A DNA stretch of 63,843 nt. Origin: Sulfurovum sp. (GTDB lineage: Bacteria; Campylobacterota; Campylobacteria; Campylobacterales; Sulfurovaceae). The notes beneath the pieces are model-generated. The model was not told the DNA's origin, did not search any database, and worked only from the letters and a program-made list of their open reading frames with translations. Shown one piece after another: positions 20,933-31,091 of this stretch. Location: positions 1-63,843 of the forward strand of contig CBFHPE010000001.1 of assembly GCA_965657515.1 (NCBI GenBank). Direction: 5' to 3'. Every line of letters begins with the position of its first letter. The stretch's first letter is position 1. The translations under genes and the position numbers were made by a program.

Positions 20933-22156
20933 ATGAATACTGAGCATAAGCCTAAATTAAAACGTAATGTTACGTTACCTATGCTCATTTTTTACGGACT
21001 AGGTAATATCTTTGGTGCAGGAATCTATGTACTTATAGGAGAGATGGCAGGTATTGCTGGTATATATATTCCTCTTTCATTCCTTTTTGCTTGTGTTGTT
21101 GTCACTTTCACTGCTTTAACCTATGCTGAACTAAGTGCAAGATATCCTATGAGTGCAGGAGAAGCGCTTTATATTAATGCAGGATTTGACAACCCTCTAT
21201 TCTCTACTTTTGTAGGTCTCAGCATTGCCCTTACAGGTTTGCTCTCATCTGCTACGATTATAGATGGTCTTCATGGCTATCTAAGCACTTTCATTCAGAG
21301 TCCTGAGATCATTACAACTATGATTGCTGTAATACTTATAAGTTTAATTGCCATATGGGGTATTTCACAATCTATTATAATCACTGCCATACTGACATTG
21401 ATCGAGACCTTTGGTCTTATGATGATCATTTATGTAGGTTTCGATCATGTTTCTTGGGACATACAAACTTTTAAATCTTTTATACCCCCAATGAATATAT
21501 CTCTGATCAATGTTATTATTCTTGGTGCATTTTTAGCTTTTTATGCTTTTATCGGTTTTGAAGATATGGTAAATATCGCAGAAGAAGTTAAAGACCCTTC
21601 CAATACAATGCCAAAAGCTATCATTACAACACTTGTCATCGCTACATTTTTTTATATTGTTATTGCTATAGTCTCTATATCTGTTGTCTCTGTTAATGAT
21701 CTGGCTCACTCAAATGCACCATTGGCAAAGGTCTATGAAACAGCTACACATTCTAAAGCAACTATATTAAGCAGTATTGCTTTATTGGCAGTTATTAATG
21801 GGGTACTTATTCAAATTATAATGGCCTCAAGAATCTTCTATGGTATGAGTACTCAGGGTTGGCTACCAAAATTTCTTGGAAGCATTCACCAAAAAACCAG
21901 AACACCCATTAATGCCACTATCCTTGCTGGAATAATTGTATTTATCTTGGCTACTCTATTCCCTATTCTTGTATTGGCTCAATCCACCAGCTTTTTAATT
22001 TTCATCATATTTACCCTTGTGAACATTTCACTGATACGTATCAAGATCAAAGAACCAAATCCTCAAGGTATACGGACTTATCCTATGGCTATCCCTGTTA
22101 TAGCCATTATTCTCAACATCACTCTGCTTGGATTTCAGATTGCATCAGTATTCTAA
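20933..22156 (+). CDS. APC family amino acid permease
   Basis: GNIFGAGIY, YAEL..RYP.SAGE and FYAFIGFE..AEE.K.P motifs. Confidence 0.9.
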   Translation: MNTEHKPKLKRNVTLPMLIFYGLGNIFGAGIYVLIGEMAGIAGIYIPLSFLFACVVVTFTALTYAELSARYPMSAGEALYINAGFDNPLFSTFVGLSIALTGLLSSATIIDGLHGYLSTFIQSPEIITTMIAVILISLIAIWGISQSIIITAILTLIETFGLMMIIYVGFDHVSWDIQTFKSFIPPMNISLINVIILGAFLAFYAFIGFEDMVNIAEEVKDPSNTMPKAIITTLVIATFFYIVIAIVSISVVSVNDLAHSNAPLAKVYETATHSKATILSSIALLAVINGVLIQIIMASRIFYGMSTQGWLPKFLGSIHQKTRTPINATILAGIIVFILATLFPILVLAQSTSFLIFIIFTLVNISLIRIKIKEPNPQGIRTYPMAIPVIAIILNITLLGFQIASVF

Positions 22157-22226
22157 TATCCTGAAAAATCCTTCGTAGAATATTGAGTTTTGGTATAATT
22201 AAAATATTTAAAGTAAAAGGTATATT

Positions 22227-22850
22227 ATGATCCATGAACTGTCTAATCCTATTGTAAAAACCTTAGTAAACCATTTAAGAGAAACAAAGACCGATGCATT
22301 ACGTTTTCGACATATTATTCAGGAGCTTACACGACTGCTGGCTTATGAGGCACTAAAAACAGAAACACTTGAAGATAAAACGATCACAACATGGCAAGGA
22401 GAACAATCCTTTAAATTTATACCAGAAGAAGAACTTCTTTTTGTTACTATCCTACGTGCAGGACTCCCTATGATAGAGTCTGCTACAGAGCTCTTCCCTG
22501 AAGCATCTTCAGGTTTTTTAGCTATGAAACGTGATGAAAAAACTCATCAAAGCATACTATACTATGACCGTGTACCTGACTGTAGTAATAAAATTGTCAT
22601 AATTGTTGATCCTATGGTTGCTACAGGAGGCTCACTGTGTGATGCCATCTCTGTGGTTGAGACCAAGTCACCCAAAAAGATCATCTCACTTAACATTATA
22701 GGATCCCCTGAGGGTATAGCTGTTCTTGAACAAAAACACCCTGATATAGATACATACATTGCTCAAATAGATGAAAAGCTTAATGAAAACATGTTTATTA
22801 TCCCAGGGCTAGGTGATGCAGGGGACAGGTCATATAATACGCCAGAGTAA
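22227..22850 (+). CDS. upp: Uracil phosphoribosyltransferase
   Basis: ILRAGL, DPMVATGGS and IIPGLGDAGDR. GGTATAAT upstream. Confidence 0.96.
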   Translation: MIHELSNPIVKTLVNHLRETKTDALRFRHIIQELTRLLAYEALKTETLEDKTITTWQGEQSFKFIPEEELLFVTILRAGLPMIESATELFPEASSGFLAMKRDEKTHQSILYYDRVPDCSNKIVIIVDPMVATGGSLCDAISVVETKSPKKIISLNIIGSPEGIAVLEQKHPDIDTYIAQIDEKLNENMFIIPGLGDAGDRSYNTPE

Positions 22851-22884
22851 AGAACAATGATAAATGATTTCTCTTTCATCAATA

Positions 22885-22921
22885 AAAAATATTGATTACA
22901 TACATGTTAATCAATATTTTT
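22885..22921. repeat. 14-bp AT-rich inverted repeat upstream of sorA (terminator or operator)
   Basis: AAAAATATTGATTA-N9-TAATCAATATTTTT. Confidence 0.6.
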
Positions 22922-23050
22922 GAACACTTATACTCTCTTTAAACATACTTTTCAGCATCAACTAAGAGCTATTTAAGAATAATGTCATATCTTATAATTA
23001 ACATTAGAAAAGATAATAAAATATATTGATTATACTCTTAAAGGCAATTT

Positions 23051-24256
23051 ATGGAAAGAAGAGACTTCTTTAAAAAAGCAGCCGTTGTTGCGGGTGCAGC
23101 AGCAGTTGGTACGAACTCAGCAGAAGCTGCTATAACACAACAACCTATTGATAACCGTAAGGTTTCTCCTGTGGCTTTCCCAGAGAAAAGACCACTCATT
23201 ATGTATTCTGACAGACCACCTTTGTTGGAAACACCTAGAGATGTATTTACTTCGGCTCTTACACCTAATGACCAATTTTTTGTACGTTGGCATATGCCGG
23301 ATATCCCAACACACATTGATCCAGATACCTATACTATCCACATCAATGGACTTGTCAAAAAAGAACTTCATATTTCTCTCAATGATCTAAAAACAAAATT
23401 TGAGCAGGTAGAAGTAACAGCTGTACTTCAATGTGGTGGTAACAGCCGTTCTGCATTTAAGCCAATAGCGGGCGGGATCCAGTGGGGTTCTGGTGCAATG
23501 GGTTGTGCTACGTGGAAAGGAGTACGTCTAGGAGATATCCTTGATCAGGCAGGTTTACATAAAGATGCGCGATGGATAGGCTTTAACGGCTCTGAGAAAG
23601 CTGCATACTATGAAACGCCTGAATTCATACGAGAGCTTGAACTAACAGAGCTTGACGACAATGTAATCCTTGCATATGAGATGAACGGTGAAGATCTTCC
23701 ATACCTCAACGGATATCCTCTTAGACTTGTACTTCCCGGATACTACTCTGACTCATGGGTAAAGATGCTTTCAAACATCACAGTAACTAACGAATACAAA
23801 AAACTCTTTTTTATGGATGTTGCTTATCGTGTACCTGACAATGAAACAGAGTCTGAGACCCCTGAGAAAAGATATCCTTCAACAAAACCTATTAAAAAGA
23901 TGAATGTCAAATCAGTGATAGGTTACCCTACCAAAGAGTCTATTATCTCTCATAAGTCACATGTTGTAGTACGTGGTGTAGCATGGGATGATGGCCATGG
24001 AATACAAGATGTCATGGTTTCAACTGATGGTGGAAAAACATGGGACAAGGCCCTACTCGATGATGGTAAACTGGGACGTTATGCCTATAGAGCATTTAGA
24101 TTTGCCTACAAACCTATGACATTTGGTAAAGTGACCATCATGACCAAAGCTATCAGTAAGATCGGTGAAGAACAACCTTTTGCAAAAGATATCAAGTGGA
24201 ATCACGGCGGATACAAATACAATGGTATCGATGAAGTTACTGTGGAGGTAATATAA
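23051..24256 (+). CDS. sorA: Sulfite:cytochrome c oxidoreductase, molybdopterin subunit
   Basis: Tat signal RRDFFK, FFVRWH, LQCGGNSR (Mo-ligating Cys), NGYPLRLVLPG and a dimerisation domain. Confidence 0.88.
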   Translation: MERRDFFKKAAVVAGAAAVGTNSAEAAITQQPIDNRKVSPVAFPEKRPLIMYSDRPPLLETPRDVFTSALTPNDQFFVRWHMPDIPTHIDPDTYTIHINGLVKKELHISLNDLKTKFEQVEVTAVLQCGGNSRSAFKPIAGGIQWGSGAMGCATWKGVRLGDILDQAGLHKDARWIGFNGSEKAAYYETPEFIRELELTELDDNVILAYEMNGEDLPYLNGYPLRLVLPGYYSDSWVKMLSNITVTNEYKKLFFMDVAYRVPDNETESETPEKRYPSTKPIKKMNVKSVIGYPTKESIISHKSHVVVRGVAWDDGHGIQDVMVSTDGGKTWDKALLDDGKLGRYAYRAFRFAYKPMTFGKVTIMTKAISKIGEEQPFAKDIKWNHGGYKYNGIDEVTVEVI

Positions 24257-24564
24257 TGAAGAAACTTATTTTAATTACAGCACTTTTAAGCACAACCCTT
24301 TTTGCACAAACTAAAGAGAATGTTGAAGTACCTTATGTTGCTTTTCCTATCAAAATGGGAAAAGGCTTTGATGCAATCCAGACACATTGTCTAATGTGTC
24401 ACTCTTTTGGCTATATCACTAACCAAGGAAGACAGTCTAAAAAGTTTTGGCATGGAAAAGTAGTGAAAATGGTCGTACACTTTAAAGCACCTATGGATGA
24501 AAAAGCGATACAAGAGACAACTGATTACCTTTTCGAACATTACGGAAACGGTAAACTCCAATAA
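24256..24564 (+). CDS. sorB: Monoheme cytochrome c partner of SorA
   Basis: Signal peptide, CLMCH and W..KV.KM; start overlaps the sorA stop. Confidence 0.82.
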   Translation: MKKLILITALLSTTLFAQTKENVEVPYVAFPIKMGKGFDAIQTHCLMCHSFGYITNQGRQSKKFWHGKVVKMVVHFKAPMDEKAIQETTDYLFEHYGNGKLQ

Positions 24565-24567
24565 ACT

Positions 24568-24588
24568 TTGTCCCCTTTTTTGGGACAA
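24568..24588. terminator. Hairpin between convergent sorB and trmH
   Basis: TTGTCCC-N7-GGGACAA. Confidence 0.55.
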
Positions 24589-24590
24589 GG

Positions 24591-25250
24591 TCATTCATCA
24601 AAATCGATCAACTCTTCTCTAAATTCTAAAGCTATCTGCCCTTTACTTCTGCGCGCTATAGTATCTCTATAGACCCAAGCGGTCTTTATCTCTTCTCGTT
24701 TTTCAAAACTTATTTGAGGGGTAGCATACATACCTGCATTTTCCAACTGTCTTTCTGCCTCATAGAGTATGAGTGCTGTGGCTACTGAGACATTTAGACT
24801 TTGTACCATACCTTGCATAGGTATAATAATGACATCCGTAGCTTCAGCTATGACTTCTTGACTTACACCCTCTTTTTCATTACCCATAACCAAAAGTGTA
24901 GGCTTCGTATAGTCTACATCTCTAAAAGAGACCGCACGCTCTTCTAAATGCGTCACCACTATTTGAAAACCTTCTTCTTTTTTCATTTTTAAAAATTTTA
25001 CTTTATCTCTTTCATTCACACGATAACGATGTGTCCATCTATGTGCACCTTGTGTGATGGTCTTATGTATCCGCAGACTTTCATTCTCTTTGGTAGAGTA
25101 GTATATGTCAAGAACACCTACTGCATCAGCAGAGCGTATGATGGCTGAGAGATTTTGAGAGCTATGTACATTATCAAGCATCACTTGAAGGGTGGGTTGT
25201 TTTCCGCCTAAGAGCTTATCTATACGGGCTATACGATTATCATTTAACAT
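24591..25250 (-). CDS. trmH: tRNA (guanosine-2'-O)-methyltransferase, TrmH/SpoU family
   Basis: NLSAIIRSADAVG, MGNEKEGVS and IPMQGMVQSLNVSVA. Likely start is ATG 25250. Confidence 0.85.
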   Translation of the reverse strand: MLNDNRIARIDKLLGGKQPTLQVMLDNVHSSQNLSAIIRSADAVGVLDIYYSTKENESLRIHKTITQGAHRWTHRYRVNERDKVKFLKMKKEEGFQIVVTHLEERAVSFRDVDYTKPTLLVMGNEKEGVSQEVIAEATDVIIIPMQGMVQSLNVSVATALILYEAERQLENAGMYATPQISFEKREEIKTAWVYRDTIARRSKGQIALEFREELIDFDE

Positions 25251-25256
25251 AGAGAG

Positions 25257-25282
25257 ATTATACCCATAAATTCGGGTATAAT
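25257..25282. promoter_or_regulatory. Back-to-back -10 boxes of divergent promoters
   Basis: ATTATACCC-N8-GGGTATAAT gives GGGTATAAT on both strands. Confidence 0.6.
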
Positions 25283-25309
25283 TGCACAAATCAATATAAA
25301 GAAAACCAT

Positions 25310-25807
25310 ATGTGCGACTTCAATAACTTAACAGATGAAGAAAAAAAACTTCATCATGAAAAACTTTTAACCTGTGCAAATAACTTTGGAGGGAAAAACT
25401 TTTTTCTTCAATTGTTAGAAGCTATACGTGAGACCAAACCTCATCCCCTCACCTCTGGAGAGACTAGATTTGAGATAGAACTAGGCAGTATCACGTGGAA
25501 TAAAGTGATCTTTAATGATAAGCTCCAACTTCTCCTAAAAGCACGACAGAATGAAAGTAAACAAGATAACCTCCTCCCAAATAAAGATGAAAAAAGCTAT
25601 AAAAAAGTGCTCAATGTTGTGCGAACACTTAAACCCATAGTCTTTCACGTCAGACCTGCAGACCCGCAAGACGGATCAGGTTTTTTCTTTCAAGCCTTTA
25701 ATATCATAGATGAGAATAAAACAAAACTAAACCCAGTCTTTGATGCCCTCTTTTTCTGTTCTGTAGAGACCGTTAAAAAAGTGCTTAACTATACACCTAA
25801 GGCATAA
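25310..25807 (+). CDS. Hypothetical protein
   Basis: 165-aa ORF at the head of a tight three-gene unit; no motif recognised. Confidence 0.75.
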   Translation: MCDFNNLTDEEKKLHHEKLLTCANNFGGKNFFLQLLEAIRETKPHPLTSGETRFEIELGSITWNKVIFNDKLQLLLKARQNESKQDNLLPNKDEKSYKKVLNVVRTLKPIVFHVRPADPQDGSGFFFQAFNIIDENKTKLNPVFDALFFCSVETVKKVLNYTPKA

Positions 25808-25809
25808 CC

Positions 25810-26007
25810 ATGGCTGAAGGGCAAAAAAGATCAGACATTAAGTATGGTATGAATGTAGGAATCGTACTAAAAGAGGACCAAGGGTCAGGCTACATCACAT
25901 ACGGAAAAGTACAAAAGATACTCACTAATTCACCTACCCATCCACACGGTATCAAAGTACGTCTTAGTTCCGGAGAAGTAGGACGTGTAAAAGAGTTTGT
26001 CAAGTAA
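25810..26007 (+). CDS. YwbE family (DUF2196) protein
   Basis: IVLKEDQ, ILT.S..HPHGIKVRL and GRV. Confidence 0.85.
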   Translation: MAEGQKRSDIKYGMNVGIVLKEDQGSGYITYGKVQKILTNSPTHPHGIKVRLSSGEVGRVKEFVK

Positions 26008-26459
26008 TGACCCTCTTTATAGACGGAGACGCTTTTCCCAACCTACTCAAACCCATAGTACTACGTGCCGTTGAACGTTTAGCTCTCCACACCAAGGTCA
26101 TCGCCAACAAAAAAATAACTATAGGAAAGTCAAAATATGTAGAGTACATCATCGTAGAGCAAGGTGCTGACGAGGCAGATCATCTCATCGTTGAACTTTG
26201 TAAAGAAGATGACCTTGTCATCACTGCTGACATACCGCTAGCTGACCGTATCATAGCTAAAAATGCACATGCCATTGACCATAGAGGGGAACTCTACTCT
26301 GTTGATAATATCAAACAATATCTGGCCATGCGAAATCTCATGGAGAGTATCAGGGAAAGTGGAGAAATGACGGGCGGTCCAAAACCTTTTGGACAAAAAG
26401 ATACCCATGCTTTTGCCAATCAGTTTAATGCATTTTTAGCAAAATATATTTCAAAGTAA
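26007..26459 (+). CDS. YaiI/YqxD (DUF188) family protein
   Basis: IDGDA, DEAD, DLVITADIPLA and GGPKPF. Confidence 0.9.
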   Translation: MTLFIDGDAFPNLLKPIVLRAVERLALHTKVIANKKITIGKSKYVEYIIVEQGADEADHLIVELCKEDDLVITADIPLADRIIAKNAHAIDHRGELYSVDNIKQYLAMRNLMESIRESGEMTGGPKPFGQKDTHAFANQFNAFLAKYISK

Positions 26460-26464
26460 CCCTC

Positions 26465-29400
26465 TTAGATCATATAATTTTCTCCATAATCTTCTGAATA
26501 ACTACATACTTTATTCTTTCCTGACCTTTTTGCTTCATACAGAGCATTATCTGCTTTGTTGATAGCAACTTCTATATCATTATCACTTGCCAGTTCTACC
26601 ATGGAAACACCCACACTAATAGTTACCTGTAATTGCTTATCCTGATCATATGTTATTACCATCCTCTCAACCAGTTCTCGTATATTTTTTGCTATCTTCA
26701 TGCTACTTTCTAAATCTGTATCAGGAAGAAGTATAATATACTCTTCTCCTCCAAAGCGACAGACTATATCACTTTTTCTTGTCTGTTCTAGCAAGATATT
26801 TGCAATACCTATGATCACTTTATCACCAATATGATGACCATAGGTATCATTCACACTTTTAAAATCATCAATATCAAACATCACTAAAGAGAGATCATTA
26901 TTTGTCCTTTTACTGACATTAAATATATCTTCAGATATTTCAGAAAAATATCGTCTATTATAAAGTTTTGTCATTGGATCTATAGAAGCCAAAAGTTTTA
27001 ATTCCTCTTTACTTGCTTCCAAATCTTTCGTGCGTTGTTTGATCTTCTCTTCAAGTCTACTATATACCATAGTATTTTCAATAGAAATAACGATCTGCCC
27101 ACTTAAATGCTGTAAAAACTTTACCTTATCTTCGGTAAACACTGAAGGCAAAAGATTATTTTCCAAATAAATGATCCCTCTAAGTTCACCCTGTAAGATC
27201 AACGGTGCACAAAACACAGACTTTATCAACCTGGATGACACATAAGATGTATCAAAAATATTATTTTCTGTCATATCATCGATCACAATAGATTCTTTTG
27301 TACGTAACACATAATTTATAATAGGGTGTGCGATCGTATCTATCTCCGTATAAGGGGCATCCTGCATGACATCTATAACAGACAGATCTTTATTTGCAGA
27401 AGCTTGAACTACCATACCACCATCTTTTTCCAAGAGTAAAAAGCCATGCTGTGCTCCCGCATTTTCCATAATGATCTCTATCAAGGTCTTAAGAAGACTT
27501 GAAAATTCATATTCTTGAGAAATGACTTCTGAAGCTTTTATTAATGTTTTAACATCAAAATTCAAGTTATCTTCACTACCTGCATGATCTATTTGATCGA
27601 TACCCCATTTATTGAAGTTCCTTAGTGATTCATCTTTATATATCTTTGCAGCTCTTTTCTGACCTAATGTTTCATAGAGTTCTGCAGAAAGTCTATTAGC
27701 AATAGCCACTAAATGTTTCTGTCCATAAATATTAGCAAGATCAATTGCCTTATCATAATACAGAAAAGCCTCTTTATGATTATTGTCTATACGATATATT
27801 TCCGCTTGTAAAATATATGCCCTGACTAAAAAATTTTCAGCACATCCATCTGCCCATTTTAAAAATTTCTTCTTTACTTTTTTTATTCTATTTTTATATC
27901 TTTTTTGTGTTGAAATGTTTTTCACTGAGATCAACTTTGCTAAGATCAAAGCATCATAAAATAAATACTCTGTATGGTGTAACATACCTTTAGATGAGTT
28001 AGAGAATTTTTTTCCCTCTATACTTATCTGATGTGCATCTTCATACGATTGTTGTAGATATAGGGCTATCATTTTATTAACAAAATAGAAATGGGCAAAG
28101 TGTTCTGATTCATACTGATCGAGACTTTTAACATAAGATGATTCATCAAACCCCTCACTGTCATAAGAATGAAGTGTTTTCGTTTGTCCTGACAGGTTCA
28201 GTAGCGTTTGTTTCACACTTAAAAGTGCACCATGCTGCTCTTTAGCCCCTATATTAAGTATGATTTTTTCAAAATATTTAATCTGTGCAAAAACTTCTTC
28301 AAAAGCCACACCTCTCATAAACATACTTTGGACAATAGCCGCTGCAGCACAGCCTGTATGAAACCAATCCCCAATTTCCAAACCATTCTTATAAGCTGTG
28401 TGCCATATCTCTTCCGTCTCTAAAGCTGGCTGTTTCCATGAAGTTGCAAAATAGCCGCAAACAAACTGTACCTCTGCATGTTGCGTTGTATTATCAAATC
28501 TTTTTAGCATATCAGTTGAAAACTGACTGTACGCATATCCTAATGTATGGTTGCCTAAAATTCCCCCTTGGAAAATCACACCAAACACCATAAAAGCGAT
28601 CACAGATTCTTTGGTTAATCCGTTTTCTAAACATAGCTTTACGATGATCACTGCATTTGCTACAGAAAGTTCTGGTTTAACTTGATAGGCAGCTTGTAAG
28701 GTATTTGCCAATATCTTCATTGTCATGATGAAGGTTTCATCATCTGATTCTGGAAGGGCAATAAGATCCTCTGTTGTATAACTACGTAACTTCAACTTTA
28801 AACGTAGAAAATCTGCAATAAATAGAGGAGGAACAAATGTTTTTGGTATCGTAATACCAACACTTTGGGCTGCAATACGTCCTACTTCATAAGCCTTCTT
28901 GAATTGGGAGATATCGGAATAAAGTTTAATGAGTAATTCATATATTTCGCCTTTTTCTAATAGTGTTTCTGCGGATTCAAGTGCTTTTTCATAAAAATAA
29001 ATAGCCTCATTACTGTAGTTGCATAGATGTTCACATTCACCCCTCTGCTTTAACATCAACACCGTATTTTCCACCGAGCCATTTGTAAAACCAAGTTCCA
29101 TGGATTTTTTAATATATTTTAAAGCACTTTCAAAATCACCACTTTTTTTTGCATAGATTGAAGCTTCTAAATTGAGTTTACCAAGAAACTTTTTATCTCT
29201 TACATACAATGCACCTATATTTAAATGATTAACACATTCAAGTAAATGTTGATGATCCAAAGCTTCTCTACTTTGCTCAAGATGACACCCTATTTTATAA
29301 TGGACTTTATGGAGTACCTTTCCCAATAAAAATGAATGTATTGCTTGTTGCATTTTATCATGTAAGAATCTATAACTTTTATCTTCAATTATATGTGTGT

Positions 29401-31081
29401 TATCCGCAACTATCCAACCTGAGGATAATGCCAAAGCCATTGTCTCATCAAATATCTCAGTATCATTGAATACCTTTTCCAATAACGCATGGGAAAAAGA
29501 ATTTCCCATACATGATGCTATACATAACAGGTTCCGTACATTTGGTAGAAGTGAGTCTATATTATCTGACAATACATCAAAGACATTGTCTGAAATTGGC
29601 AAGGAATTGATCTTCCTAAGGTCACATTTCCATTCCAACTCTTCCATATCAAACCATATAGCATCATCTTTATGCAATTGCTTCAAATATTCTTTTACAA
29701 AAAACGGGTTACCTTTTGTTCTAGCAAAAATAACATGTGCCACTTCTGCGGATGTATTTAAATGTATATTATCTTTGATCAATGTCTCAATATCACCTTC
29801 TGAGAGCGGCAAGATCGTCATTTCGTGGACCTTTAGATCAAAAGATGCCAACTCATGTAACATAGAACTGATAAGATGGTTACTAGAAATTTCTACTTCA
29901 TCATTCCTATAGGCCATAAAAAGTATGATGTTTTCTAAGTTGAGTATCACATTCTTGATCCATTGTAAAGTAACTGTATCTGCCCACTGAATATCATCTA
30001 TGTAGATACATAAAGGTAATTCTTCATCATGGAAGGCTCCCATAAATCGTACCAGAAGATTATCCAAACTAGCTTTTGAATCGATATTCTGAACTTCCTC
30101 AATAGTAGTAGTGTGTTCACCTAAAACAATTTCAAGTTCAGGGATTACTTCTGTTAAAACATATGCATGTGTACCCAAGATATTTTGCAATTTATTTCTA
30201 TATTTTTCTAAGGTCTCTTCATCTTGTGCGACCAGTTCTCGTACCATAGTACTAAGTGCTGTATATAGTATCTGATAAGGTGTACTCTGTTCACCTGAAT
30301 CAAGTTTGAACTTACAGATATGAGAAAAATTATTTTTATTTTTATTTATCACTTTATTAATAAGTGATGATTTTCCCATACCTGACTTGCCATGGACCAA
30401 TATGATCCTGTTTTCTTTATTTGTCTTTGAATCAATATGATATTGTAACTTTTGCTCTTCTTCATCCCGACCATATATTACTTTACTTGTATGAAGCTCC
30501 TGTACATTATAAAATATATCTAGCTTGAAGTTAGGTACTTCATTTTTATTCAAGGCGTGCTGTAGTTTAGTGAGATCTATAATGACTGACATAAGGTCTT
30601 TATAACGTTCAAATTGATTGATCGCAACCATTTTTTCTATGATCAAAGATAGCATATGCGGTATATTTTTGTTTTTGTCTGATATAAAAGGTATTTTCTG
30701 TGTTAAAACTGCATGTGTGAACGCAAGGATATCATTGTATTTATAGGGTAATTCACCTACCACAAGTTCATAAAAAATAATCCCTAGAACATAAATGTCT
30801 GAAGACTGGTTAATATACGTTGAATCTCTCAAAACCTGTTCTGGAGACATATAATCTATGGTTACATCTGCATCATCTAATGACGTTACTTTAGTGATCT
30901 TTACTTGATGGTGTGTATTGATAAAAATATTTGAAGGGGTCAGGTTATTGAAAAGTACATTTTGTTTATGAAGTGTATGAACATTCTTACTTATCTCTAT
31001 AGCAATGCTCAAAAAAGTGTCTACATCAAAAGGTTTGTTCTTAACATAATCACTTAATGAATGGTACTTAATACTTGTCAT
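26465..31081 (-). CDS. Multidomain pseudokinase-STAND ATPase-helical repeat-GAF-GGDEF diguanylate cyclase
   Basis: Kinase C-lobe (YMSPEQ, SDIYVLG), GKSGMGKS, IDDIQWAD, GNPFF, FLHDKMQQ, GAF (SVFCAPL..GIIYLEN), RKSD and GGEEY. Confidence 0.88.
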   Translation of the reverse strand: MTSIKYHSLSDYVKNKPFDVDTFLSIAIEISKNVHTLHKQNVLFNNLTPSNIFINTHHQVKITKVTSLDDADVTIDYMSPEQVLRDSTYINQSSDIYVLGIIFYELVVGELPYKYNDILAFTHAVLTQKIPFISDKNKNIPHMLSLIIEKMVAINQFERYKDLMSVIIDLTKLQHALNKNEVPNFKLDIFYNVQELHTSKVIYGRDEEEQKLQYHIDSKTNKENRIILVHGKSGMGKSSLINKVINKNKNNFSHICKFKLDSGEQSTPYQILYTALSTMVRELVAQDEETLEKYRNKLQNILGTHAYVLTEVIPELEIVLGEHTTTIEEVQNIDSKASLDNLLVRFMGAFHDEELPLCIYIDDIQWADTVTLQWIKNVILNLENIILFMAYRNDEVEISSNHLISSMLHELASFDLKVHEMTILPLSEGDIETLIKDNIHLNTSAEVAHVIFARTKGNPFFVKEYLKQLHKDDAIWFDMEELEWKCDLRKINSLPISDNVFDVLSDNIDSLLPNVRNLLCIASCMGNSFSHALLEKVFNDTEIFDETMALALSSGWIVADNTHIIEDKSYRFLHDKMQQAIHSFLLGKVLHKVHYKIGCHLEQSREALDHQHLLECVNHLNIGALYVRDKKFLGKLNLEASIYAKKSGDFESALKYIKKSMELGFTNGSVENTVLMLKQRGECEHLCNYSNEAIYFYEKALESAETLLEKGEIYELLIKLYSDISQFKKAYEVGRIAAQSVGITIPKTFVPPLFIADFLRLKLKLRSYTTEDLIALPESDDETFIMTMKILANTLQAAYQVKPELSVANAVIIVKLCLENGLTKESVIAFMVFGVIFQGGILGNHTLGYAYSQFSTDMLKRFDNTTQHAEVQFVCGYFATSWKQPALETEEIWHTAYKNGLEIGDWFHTGCAAAAIVQSMFMRGVAFEEVFAQIKYFEKIILNIGAKEQHGALLSVKQTLLNLSGQTKTLHSYDSEGFDESSYVKSLDQYESEHFAHFYFVNKMIALYLQQSYEDAHQISIEGKKFSNSSKGMLHHTEYLFYDALILAKLISVKNISTQKRYKNRIKKVKKKFLKWADGCAENFLVRAYILQAEIYRIDNNHKEAFLYYDKAIDLANIYGQKHLVAIANRLSAELYETLGQKRAAKIYKDESLRNFNKWGIDQIDHAGSEDNLNFDVKTLIKASEVISQEYEFSSLLKTLIEIIMENAGAQHGFLLLEKDGGMVVQASANKDLSVIDVMQDAPYTEIDTIAHPIINYVLRTKESIVIDDMTENNIFDTSYVSSRLIKSVFCAPLILQGELRGIIYLENNLLPSVFTEDKVKFLQHLSGQIVISIENTMVYSRLEEKIKQRTKDLEASKEELKLLASIDPMTKLYNRRYFSEISEDIFNVSKRTNNDLSLVMFDIDDFKSVNDTYGHHIGDKVIIGIANILLEQTRKSDIVCRFGGEEYIILLPDTDLESSMKIAKNIRELVERMVITYDQDKQLQVTISVGVSMVELASDNDIEVAINKADNALYEAKRSGKNKVCSYSEDYGENYMI

Positions 31082-31091
31082 ACTCTACTAC

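Noticed and set aside
22892-22914. Possible FNR box (TTGAT...ATCAA) upstream of sorA
   Set aside because: The half-sites are 13 nt apart rather than 4.
25251-25289. Longer N-termini in the ORF track (trmH 25289; also 47372, 62235, 10176)
   Set aside because: The extensions overlap promoters, hairpins or neighbouring genes; downstream starts fit the Shine-Dalgarno or -10 positions better.
26400-26500. Shift from mostly + to mostly - strand genes as a possible replication terminus
   Set aside because: I recognised no dif-like site and could not compute GC skew; operon orientation is enough to explain it.
26465-31081. STAND protein as an Avs-type antiphage system
   Set aside because: There is no nuclease, TIR, SIR2 or other toxic effector; the GAF-GGDEF output fits signalling, and no defence-island neighbours are present.
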